The notes under the pieces are model-generated. The model saw only the letters and a list, made by a program, of their open reading frames with translations, searched no databases and was not told the DNA's origin. A stretch of DNA of 64,000 bases. It comes from an uncultured Verrucomicrobia subdivision 3 bacterium (lineage in GTDB: Bacteria; Verrucomicrobiota; Verrucomicrobiia; Limisphaerales; DASXHY01). Where the stretch lies: positions 4,434 through 68,433 of the forward strand of contig CALBZA010000040.1 of assembly GCA_937890005.1 (NCBI GenBank). The letters run 5' to 3'. Of the stretch, positions 36,842 to 44,718 are shown in pieces. How positions within the stretch are numbered: position 1 is the first letter of the stretch; each line of letters opens with the position of its first letter. Both the position numbers and the translations under genes were made by a program.

Positions 36842-37306
36842 TTACTTCAACTCGATGTATTCGGGGCGAATCCCCTTGTCCTCCCACTCAAGGGTGGCCA
36901 CGCTGCGTTCCAGTTTGAAACGTTGCCTTCCTGCGTAACCAGGATTGAAGAAGAGCATGCCACTGAGAATCTGACAGAATTTCTTGTGGGTGTGACCGAA
37001 GACGATCACATCCGGACGCAATGTTTTGATCTTCGATTGCAGATCAGAGTCCAGTTCCCGCGGTTCGACGATGTGTTGAATGAGAAACTTTCGGCCGCCG
37101 AGTTCGATGACTTCGATTTCCTTGAATGGAAGGCCTTGATCGGTATTGCCCGTCACCGCAGTCACCGGCGCAATTGCTTCCAACTCATGAATGATGAGCG
37201 GTGAACCGATGTCGCCCGCGTGGAGAATGTGGTCCACCCCTTTGAAGATTCTCGAAATCTCCGGATCGAGATAGTCGTGGGTGTCCGAGATGATGCCGAG
37301 TTTCAT
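36842..37306 (-). CDS. YfcE/MJ0936-family metallophosphoesterase
   Basis: MKLGIISDTHDYLD...HILHAGDIGS...VFGHTH are the phosphoesterase motifs. It is 154 aa. Confidence 0.8.
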   Translation of the reverse strand: MKLGIISDTHDYLDPEISRIFKGVDHILHAGDIGSPLIIHELEAIAPVTAVTGNTDQGLPFKEIEVIELGGRKFLIQHIVEPRELDSDLQSKIKTLRPDVIVFGHTHKKFCQILSGMLFFNPGYAGRQRFKLERSVATLEWEDKGIRPEYIELK

Positions 37307-37386
37307 GTGTATTGGCCCACCGGGGCACGGTAATTGGTCGGTCTGACGGTGCGAAAATTAAGCCGGAATTCTCGCGTAAATACTTC

Positions 37387-38040
37387 TCAGGCCTTGGCTT
37401 CTGCCGGTTGTTCCGCTTCCTCGGGCTCTTCCTCCCGTTCAGCAGGTTCCTTCTTTTCCTCGGCCGATTCCGCAGTCGAAAGTTTCATGGCACCGACGAA
37501 GATGCCTGTAAACAAACCCGCGCTCAGGAAGGTGTTGCGGAAAAACGTCCACGTTTCAGGCCAGCCACCGGTGCCTTTGATCAGGGCCCAAAGCCAGCCG
37601 AAGAAGGTTTTTGTGTACTCAGGATTGTTGAATGGATTGAAGAGCCACGCCGCTGTGTTTGTGACGAAATAAAAGATCAATGCGCCGAGCAAACCGCCGC
37701 CGAGCAGGGAAGCGAACGAGTGCTTCGGTTTGAAAAATTTCCCGAGGAGAATGAGCAGCACCCAGGCAACGTAATTGAAAATCTGGTAGCGAAGCATCGG
37801 CCACGCCCAGACGTCGTAGCCGAGCGCCAGTTGATAATAAAGATTCAGGCCGATGTCCGTGAGAACCATCGCCGAAAGCGGAAGCCACCAGGCGGTTTGC
37901 CGGGAGAGATAAACGCCGCTGCAGAAGAGCAGGGCGTAGGCGGCGCTGAAGTTTCCGAATTCGCGTGAAAGCATTCCTGGAATTCGCGACAACGCGAATA
38001 TCACGATAAACAACAGCAACGGCCCGATCTTCTTCATCAC
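37387..38040 (-). CDS. DUF6580-family membrane protein with an acidic C-terminal tail
   Basis: ALSRIPGML..FGNFSAAYALLFCSGVYL...WWLPLSAMVLTDIGLN resembles DUF6580. The family call is from memory. The tail is AEEKKEPAEREEEPEEAEQPAEAKA. Confidence 0.55.
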   Translation of the reverse strand: MMKKIGPLLLFIVIFALSRIPGMLSREFGNFSAAYALLFCSGVYLSRQTAWWLPLSAMVLTDIGLNLYYQLALGYDVWAWPMLRYQIFNYVAWVLLILLGKFFKPKHSFASLLGGGLLGALIFYFVTNTAAWLFNPFNNPEYTKTFFGWLWALIKGTGGWPETWTFFRNTFLSAGLFTGIFVGAMKLSTAESAEEKKEPAEREEEPEEAEQPAEAKA

Positions 38041-38096
38041 ACCGCGGATAGCATACGCCGCGAGACTGAGGATTCAATTCCGGAGTTGATGAGGTA

Positions 38097-38117
38097 GATT
38101 GGCGATTGGCGATTGGA
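38097..38117 (-). repeat. heptanucleotide array (3 x CAATCGC on the minus strand), intergenic
   Basis: The + strand reads gattggc gattggc gattgga, the reverse complement of the SNF2 unit. It lies 57-77 nt upstream of the DUF6580 start. Confidence 0.8.
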
Positions 38118-38263
38118 TTCGAGCTCTGAAAAATTCTAGGAAAAATCAAGCCTTTCCGCCGAGTTCCTGAACCCGCTACAGTCCGCGACCAACTTCAAAC
38201 CAAACTTATGAATGATTGATGTAAACAGAACCCGGCCTCCTGAAAGGCCCCGTTCAATCCGCC

Positions 38264-39082
38264 ATGCAGCAACTGTTCGACATCATTCACGAAGATTCCG
38301 AACTCCTGGTCATCAACAAACCGGCAGGCCTCGTCTGTCATCCGACCAAGGGTGACGAATATTCCAGTCTGATCAGCCGCGTAAGGCTCTATCTCGGGCC
38401 GAACGCCCGCGCGCATCTCGTCAACCGTCTCGATCGCGAAACCAGCGGGGTGACCCTTGTCGCGAAGACCGATGAAGCCGCACGCGAGCTGCGGCGATTG
38501 ATGGAGGGGCGGGCAATCGAAAAGGATTACATCGCAATCGTTCATGGCCACGTGCAAGACGATTACGGAATGGTCGATGCCCCGATCGGGAAAGATGAAC
38601 AGAGCCGCGTGGCTGTCAAAGATTGCGTCCGTCTAGACGGCGCTCCATCACAGACAGAGTTCTGGGTGGAAAAACGCTTCACAAAGTTCGTGCCCGCAGT
38701 CGTCGGTACGAGTTCGAAATTCTCATTGGCAGCCACAGCTTCGAACCAAACACATGTTTGCGTTTCCGAAGACTTGACGGAGCAGCCTTTCACGTTGCTT
38801 CGACTGAAGCCATTGACCGGTCGAAAGCATCAGATCCGTATTCACCTCGCGCACCTCGGACATCCCATTGTCGGTGACAAAATCTACGGCGGTGACGAGG
38901 AGATTTACCTCGCCTTTGTGGAGTATCGTTTGACGGAGAACCAAAGGGCGCGCCTCATCGTGGAGAACCATGCGCTCCATGCATCCAGTCTGCGTTTTCA
39001 ATGGAAGGACAACGGCATGACGTTCCGATGCGTGCCGGAGCGTGGATTCCAGCTTTTTTGCGATTCGACTTTCCGTGACTGA
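38264..39082 (+). CDS. RluA-family pseudouridine synthase
   Basis: LVINKPAGLVCHP, HLVNRLDRETSG (catalytic Asp) and TGRKHQIRIHLAHLGHPIVGDKIYG. Confidence 0.85.
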   Translation: MQQLFDIIHEDSELLVINKPAGLVCHPTKGDEYSSLISRVRLYLGPNARAHLVNRLDRETSGVTLVAKTDEAARELRRLMEGRAIEKDYIAIVHGHVQDDYGMVDAPIGKDEQSRVAVKDCVRLDGAPSQTEFWVEKRFTKFVPAVVGTSSKFSLAATASNQTHVCVSEDLTEQPFTLLRLKPLTGRKHQIRIHLAHLGHPIVGDKIYGGDEEIYLAFVEYRLTENQRARLIVENHALHASSLRFQWKDNGMTFRCVPERGFQLFCDSTFRD

Positions 39083-39197
39083 GTTTGAACGGTCTTCCGT
39101 TTGGACGGGCGCTTTTGCTTCGTGATCCAATGAAATTGTAGCGATCGACACAGCACTTTGCTCTTTGAACTCCAGCCAGTTTTTCTAACTTCGCCGC

Positions 39198-40370
39198 GTG
39201 CCTGTCATTCCGAAAGAAATGCGCGCGGCGGTTTACCGCGGTCCCAACGATCTTCAGATCGAGACTGTCCCCGTTCCAAAAATTCGGCTCGGCGAACTGC
39301 TTGTTAAAGTTGCCGTTTGCGGTGTCTGTCCCACCGACATAAAGAAAATTCACCACGGCACTGTTCCGCCGCCTCGCATTTTTGGTCATGAAACGTCGGG
39401 AACGATTGTGGCCATTGGCGGCAGCCGCTCGAAACTCGAAATTCAAAGCTCGGAACTCAGAATTGGTGACCGCGTTGCCCTGCATCACCATGTTCCCTGT
39501 ATGGCGTGCCATGCCTGCCGGCATCGCGCTTTCGCGCAGTGCGAGACCTACAAGAGGACCGGGATCACGGCCGGATTCGAACCTGCCGGGGGCGGATTTG
39601 CCGAGTACGTGCGCGTCATGCCCTTTGTGCTCCCCGGCGTGGTGAAGATTCCGCCGCGAAACACATTTGAAGAAGGGGCAATGTTGGAGCCGGTGAATAC
39701 TGTTCTGAAAGCCGTGAAACGTCTGGCGCTTCTGGCTGGCGACACGGTTCTCGTGGCGGGGCAGGGTCCAATCGGCCTCATGTTCACGCGGATTTTGCAG
39801 CTGAGCGGGATGAATGTGTTGGCAACGGACCTGTTGCCATCCCGACTCGAACTCGCCCGGCAGTTTGGCGCGAAGTGGGCGGTAAAGCCTGAGGAGGTTT
39901 CAGGTTTTGAGTTTCGCCTTTTGAGCCAGTGGAGGGAAAAAACGTTTCGAAAGGAAACAAAGTCGAAAGAACGGCGATTGGCTGGTGGCGGCCGGCGATT
40001 ACACAGAAGTTACATCGACGCCGCTGTCCTGGCGGTTCCATCCGATGCGGCATTGAAACAGGCGATGGAAGTCGTGCGTGGAGCCGGGCAGATTTTGTTG
40101 TTCGCCCACACGAAGCGGGGAGCGCTGACGGAGGTTGATCTGGCGTCGGTTTGCGTTGACGAGAAGGATCTGATTGGAAGCTATTCCGCGGATTTCACCC
40201 TTCAAAAAGAAGTGGCAAAGCTGGTGTTTTCGAGAAAGCTCGACGTTCGCCCGTTGATTTCCCATCGCTTTCAGCTCTCCGAAACTGCCGCCGCCGTAAA
40301 CCTCGCCGCTCATCCGACGCCGGAGTCCTTGAAGGTTGTGGTGGAGCAGAGCAAAGTGAGGCGTCCTTAG
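39198..40370 (+). CDS. zinc-dependent alcohol/threonine dehydrogenase-family oxidoreductase (MDR)
   Basis: VAVCGVCPTDIKK, GHETSGTIVAIG, GDRVALHHHVPCMACHAC and VLVAGQGPIGLM. The GTG at 39198 is the longest start. ATG 39219 (MRAAVYRG...) looks more canonical. Confidence 0.8.
   Translation: MPVIPKEMRAAVYRGPNDLQIETVPVPKIRLGELLVKVAVCGVCPTDIKKIHHGTVPPPRIFGHETSGTIVAIGGSRSKLEIQSSELRIGDRVALHHHVPCMACHACRHRAFAQCETYKRTGITAGFEPAGGGFAEYVRVMPFVLPGVVKIPPRNTFEEGAMLEPVNTVLKAVKRLALLAGDTVLVAGQGPIGLMFTRILQLSGMNVLATDLLPSRLELARQFGAKWAVKPEEVSGFEFRLLSQWREKTFRKETKSKERRLAGGGRRLHRSYIDAAVLAVPSDAALKQAMEVVRGAGQILLFAHTKRGALTEVDLASVCVDEKDLIGSYSADFTLQKEVAKLVFSRKLDVRPLISHRFQLSETAAAVNLAAHPTPESLKVVVEQSKVRRP
39424..39465 (+). 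repeat. heptanucleotide array (6 units, GAAACTC family), in-frame within the ADH CDS
   Basis: gccgctc gaaactc gaaattc aaagctc ggaactc agaattg totals 42 nt and is translated as SRSKLEIQSSELRI. Confidence 0.8.
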
Positions 40371-40636
40371 CTGTCTTCGGATGATAGAGACTTTGGGAAG
40401 ACTCGTGCTTGATCTGTTTAGAGCGGTTATCCCACCTAGAGCCTAGAGGCGGCGCAAATTTTCTGTAAATTTGGCGGGCATCAAACTGAGGGCGGGTTTT
40501 CGATGAGAAGCGCGGTGACGCGAGACGCAGGAGGGAGTTTTCGTTTGGGAAGACGCGCTTTCCCGATCGGACTTCACGCATCCATCGGCACCGACTTCCT
40601 CGGCTTGAGCCCGATTCGCGGATTCATTTGGACGGT

Positions 40637-41665
40637 TCAATCGATCAACTCTTCCAGGGATTGCACGCGCGGTTGCATGCCCTTGACGATCGGCATGGCC
40701 CTCACGATTGCGTTGTCCTCGGTCTGGCCTGGAAATGATCTCAAACGGAGTCGAACGGCGGCAATCGGATCGCCATTCCGATCACGCAAAGGCATTGTGA
40801 CGACGACCCATTCCTTGCCTTTGCCGTAATAGGTTTTTCCGCTGACGATGACGTCCTCTTCCGTCTTGGTTCCGATTTCACCGAGGTCCTTTGAATTCTT
40901 TGCCGCAATGGCGACCGGTGTTTCACCGGTGTTGCGGGATGCAAAGATCGCGAGGTCGAGAACGCGTGGATACTGTTCGAGCGCGTCGCGCACGAGCGCC
41001 TGGGCGAGCGGTTGATGCGGCGTGTAGGTGAACCGGACATCGCTGAACTGCGCGGCCGTGTCGGATTTGGTCCAGAAACCAACCCGGCCCGTCCTCCGCG
41101 CGCTGTTGTCAATGAGCTTCACTGCGTCCTGCCCGTCGATGGCGCAAAGGATGCGGGTCCCTTCGCATTGAATGACCAGTGTGTGCCATTCGTTTGCGGA
41201 AATTTTCATTGCCGGTCCGTACGGCTGCCTTGGATCTCCGTTCTCGACCTTGTAGCAGCGAAATGAATTGCCGAGGGCATCGGCGCGAATGACGTAGTAG
41301 TTCGATTCGTTCTGAAACCGGAAAACCATTCCAGCACTTTGTTCCAGCGCGCCGCCGGTGATTTTGAATTTTGTCTCCAGCCGGAAATCCGAAAACACCT
41401 CGTCATGAAGTAGAATCGGAAAACGATTCGCCAGTGGCTCGCGCGCCGTCTGCGTGAGAACGCGCTTTTCGGTCGTTGTTCCGGCGGGGCCGGTTTCTTC
41501 GACGCTTTCAACCTTCCAGTCACCGGGTTTTCCGAATCCGAGGACAAGGCTTTTGAATTCGGCTGGCGTCGCTCCGACGGGAACATCTTTGAACGAGATA
41601 ATTTTTTCAGCGGCAGACGCGGACGTCACCAGAAGCGCGGTCATGACCACAAACAGGAATCGCAT
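40637..41665 (-). CDS. secreted hypothetical protein with a DUF1080/LamG-like N-terminal domain
   Basis: Signal peptide MRFLFVVMTALLVTSASA. FRLETKFKITGGALEQSAGMVFRFQNESNYYVIRAD...GRVGFWTKSDTAAQFSDVRF resembles 3-keto-disaccharide hydrolase (DUF1080). The C-terminal domain is unassigned. Confidence 0.5.
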   Translation of the reverse strand: MRFLFVVMTALLVTSASAAEKIISFKDVPVGATPAEFKSLVLGFGKPGDWKVESVEETGPAGTTTEKRVLTQTAREPLANRFPILLHDEVFSDFRLETKFKITGGALEQSAGMVFRFQNESNYYVIRADALGNSFRCYKVENGDPRQPYGPAMKISANEWHTLVIQCEGTRILCAIDGQDAVKLIDNSARRTGRVGFWTKSDTAAQFSDVRFTYTPHQPLAQALVRDALEQYPRVLDLAIFASRNTGETPVAIAAKNSKDLGEIGTKTEEDVIVSGKTYYGKGKEWVVVTMPLRDRNGDPIAAVRLRLRSFPGQTEDNAIVRAMPIVKGMQPRVQSLEELID

Positions 41666-42125
41666 GGATCGGAGGCTAACAGATCAGGCGTTGGCGACAA
41701 GCCATCGCGGAGTGACAAATATGAACAAAATCTATGAGCAAAAGAATCAAGCGCAGCAAAGATTCCGTCACTCGGCACCGCGTCGGTGAAGGTCATATTT
41801 CCGAATGCCCCCGAAGATCAAAAGAAGGCGATCGACGGAAAGTCTGATCTCGCCAAAACCAGATAGTTGAGCCGCTACGTCCTTGAATGCACCGACTGCG
41901 ACTTTTTCTCGAACTGGCGCGGCATTGCCGAACAACGCTCACAGCTTTGAAGGTTCTGTTTTATGTCATCGTGAAGCTGCGACCAATGCCGCGTGCTGAT
42001 TCTGTTTATGAGACGAGTTGTACATTGATGCGTGTTTCGATAGCGTGTCTCTGGGTTGCGGGAGCAAATCGCGCTTTTCACGAGCCGGGAATATTGCGAA
42101 AGTTCGCGCGAGGGTTCCCGGAACG

Positions 42126-43310
42126 ATGAAGAGAATTTTGTTCGTTGAGGATGATGATGTCGTAGCCCGTATTTACAGCGGCAAGCTGTCGGTTGCAGGC
42201 TTTGAAGTGACGCGTGCGCCAGATGGACTTGAGGCGTTGAAACTGCTGGGGCACAGCGCTCCCGACCTGGTGGTGCTCGACATCCTGATGCCGAAGATGA
42301 GCGGAGTGGAAGTGCTTCAGCATATCCGCAGCGACCCGCGCCTGAAATCGACGAAGGTCATTGTTTTCTCCAATGCATTTCTCGGAGACACAGCCGGGAA
42401 ACTCGCGGCGCTGGGTGTTGATGCCATGCTGCTCAAGGCTTCGGTCACTCCACAACAGCTGATCGATTCCATTCACACGTCATTGAACCGTTCGGAAAGC
42501 AGCAGCAAAACGAGCGGTCCATTGTCCGAAACCCCGCCCGATTCCAATCCGACAAGGCAGGCAATGGAATCCGCCGCGGAATTCAGCCGTCGAATCCGGC
42601 GCGATTTCTTCGAACAGATTCCGGCGATCAGCCAGAACCTGAAGCAGAGCTGGGCGGAGTTTCTCGGCGCCGGTGGTGATGCCGACCGGATGCAAAAGCT
42701 CGAAGCCTTCAGCCGCAAGATCAACTTTCTCACCCACATGACCGGCATGGCCGGTTGCTATCGGATCGCGCAGCTCTCCAGCGCGTTGGAGGCGTTGCTG
42801 TTCGAAATGCAGGAGAAATCCTCGAACGTCAACGAATCGTCGCGTCATACGGTTCAGGCCACGGTCGAACTGCTCGTTGCAGGTCTGGGCCGCGCAGATC
42901 AGGCTGATGAACAATGCCTTTCTCCGACGACGATTCTGATCGTGGATGACGACATTGTTTCCAACCGGGCACTCAGCTTCGCGCTTGAACGCTACAAGCT
43001 CAAACCGGTTTCGGTTCCGGAACCGCTCGCTGCGCTCGATCTTCTCCGACGAAACAGCTACGACGCGGTGTTGCTGGACATCAATCTTCCCACGATGGAC
43101 GGAATCACGCTCTGTAAGAGGATGCGCGAACTGCCGACACAGCGTCACACGCCGGTTGTTTTCTTCACCAGTTACATGGAGTTCGAGCCGCGTGCGCGTG
43201 CCATTCTGCGGAATGGTGACGAACTGATTGCCAAACCGGTGCTGCCGATTGAACTCACGGTCAAAGTGATCAGCCTCTCCTTCAAACGCCGCATTCCATT
43301 CTCTGCCTGA
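42126..43310 (+). CDS. REC-HPt-REC phosphorelay protein
   Basis: I trimmed the track start of 42018 to ATG 42126. REC1 is ILFVEDDDVV...DLVVLDILMPKMSG...K. The middle region is FLTHMTGMAGCYRIAQLSSALEALL (HPt-like HxxxG). REC2 is ILIVDDDIVS...DAVLLDINLPTMDG...K. Confidence 0.7.
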   Translation: MKRILFVEDDDVVARIYSGKLSVAGFEVTRAPDGLEALKLLGHSAPDLVVLDILMPKMSGVEVLQHIRSDPRLKSTKVIVFSNAFLGDTAGKLAALGVDAMLLKASVTPQQLIDSIHTSLNRSESSSKTSGPLSETPPDSNPTRQAMESAAEFSRRIRRDFFEQIPAISQNLKQSWAEFLGAGGDADRMQKLEAFSRKINFLTHMTGMAGCYRIAQLSSALEALLFEMQEKSSNVNESSRHTVQATVELLVAGLGRADQADEQCLSPTTILIVDDDIVSNRALSFALERYKLKPVSVPEPLAALDLLRRNSYDAVLLDINLPTMDGITLCKRMRELPTQRHTPVVFFTSYMEFEPRARAILRNGDELIAKPVLPIELTVKVISLSFKRRIPFSA

Positions 43311-43346
43311 AAGAGATTGGAACCATTCATAAGAACTTCGGAATAA

Positions 43347-43412
43347 CCGCAGAGAGGCGGAGGCGCAGAGCGACGGAAACAGGAGTTTCTCTGCGTCCTT
43401 GCGCCTGAGGGG
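43347..43412. repeat. imperfect long hairpin repeat (family C) between convergent genes
   Basis: CCGCAGAGAGGCGGAGGCGCAGAG ... CTCTGCGTCCTTGCGCCTGAGGGG. The arms pair imperfectly around an 18-nt loop. Confidence 0.55.
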
Positions 43413-43455
43413 AACTGTTTCCGGGCGAAAATTCGATATCCGACCACGATCGGTT

Positions 43456-44718
43456 CTACTCGTAGCGAAGTGAATCGATCGGATCGAGGTTCGCCGCCTT
43501 GTAGGCGGGATAAGTGCCGAAGACGATTCCGACGACGGAACAGATGAAAAGGCCGAGGACCACCCAGTCGAGCGGAATCACCGGCATCAGTTTAAGCGCG
43601 AGCGCCAGAAGGTTTCCGCCGACGATGCCGAGTCCCACCCCAATCAATCCGCCGACTTCGCACAACACCACCGCTTCCATCACGAATTGCGTCATGATGT
43701 TCCTCTTTTTGGCCCCGATGGCGCGGCGAATCCCAATCTCACGCGTCCGTTCCGTCACCGACACGAGCATGATGTTCATGATGCCGATGCCGGCGGCGAG
43801 GAGAGAAATCGAGCTGACGACAGCGACTCCGATGCGGACGGCACGGGTGAATGTTTCGAACTGCGCAATCATCGAGTCATTCGAGAACAGTTCGAAGTCG
43901 TCCTCCTCGCCCGGCGGAACCTTGCGGATCACGCGAAGCAATCCGCGAACTTCATCGGCCGTTTCCTCGTAACTTTCTGCGTCATGTGCCTGGACGAGAA
44001 TGCTGATGCTGCGCGAGTAGCGACCGTATCGGTTCAGACCGGTGGTGATCGGGATGATGGCGAAATTATCCTGATCGCCGCCGAGCGAGCTGCCCTTCGG
44101 CTCCAGCACACCCACAACGGTGTAGTTCAAGCCGTTGATCTTGAGTTTCTCACCGACGACGGAGCCGACCGGAAACATGGTGGAGGCGAGACCCGCGCCC
44201 AACACGCAGAAGTCGCGTGCATTGTCCACGTCGGCATCCGTGAGGATGCGTCCTTCTGCGAGCGTCCAGTTTTTTGCCGCAAAGCTTCCCGCCGTTTCGC
44301 CGTAAAGCCGCACATTGGGCGCGCTGGCGTTGTAGCGAGTCTGGACTTCACCGGCCCAGAAGGAGGTTTCCAGTCCGATGCTTGCCGGCAGCACCGCTTT
44401 TTCCTGGAGCCGTTTACCCTGCGCGTAAGTGATGTTTTTCCGGCGCCAGAAACGTTCGAATCCCTCCGGCCCGCCAAAATAAACGCCGGGCCATTTCTGA
44501 ATCATGAAGGTGTGGCTGCCGAGCTGGCTGATGCGTGTTTCCACGTCCTTTTGCAGAACGCGCATGGCTGTCATGACGACGATGATCGAGAATACACCGA
44601 TCAGAACACCGAGCAGCGTGAGTGCGGACCGTAGCTTGTGCGCCGCGAGAGCGCTCATCGCCATCCGGAAGCTTTCATGAATTTCCGCCAGCAGCACCAA
44701 TGTCGATTTCTTCTTCAT
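43456..44718 (-). CDS. ABC transporter permease (MacB/FtsX-type)
   Basis: N-terminal TM, a large periplasmic domain, and the C-terminal FtsX 3-TM bundle (GIMNIMLVSVTERTREIGIRRAIGA). The start overlaps the upstream stop (ATGA at 44715-44718). Confidence 0.85.
   Translation of the reverse strand: MKKKSTLVLLAEIHESFRMAMSALAAHKLRSALTLLGVLIGVFSIIVVMTAMRVLQKDVETRISQLGSHTFMIQKWPGVYFGGPEGFERFWRRKNITYAQGKRLQEKAVLPASIGLETSFWAGEVQTRYNASAPNVRLYGETAGSFAAKNWTLAEGRILTDADVDNARDFCVLGAGLASTMFPVGSVVGEKLKINGLNYTVVGVLEPKGSSLGGDQDNFAIIPITTGLNRYGRYSRSISILVQAHDAESYEETADEVRGLLRVIRKVPPGEEDDFELFSNDSMIAQFETFTRAVRIGVAVVSSISLLAAGIGIMNIMLVSVTERTREIGIRRAIGAKKRNIMTQFVMEAVVLCEVGGLIGVGLGIVGGNLLALALKLMPVIPLDWVVLGLFICSVVGIVFGTYPAYKAANLDPIDSLRYE

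Noticed and set aside
37619-38149. A 176-aa minus-strand ORF containing IANRQSTSS.
   Set aside because: It overlaps the DUF6580 gene in another frame, and its N-terminus is simply the translation of the intergenic heptamer array.
40600-40640. A tRNA-like T-arm impression (ggacggttcaatcgatc).
   Set aside because: There is no complementary stem, no acceptor or anticodon arms can be folded, and the segment overlaps the 3' end region of the 40637 gene.
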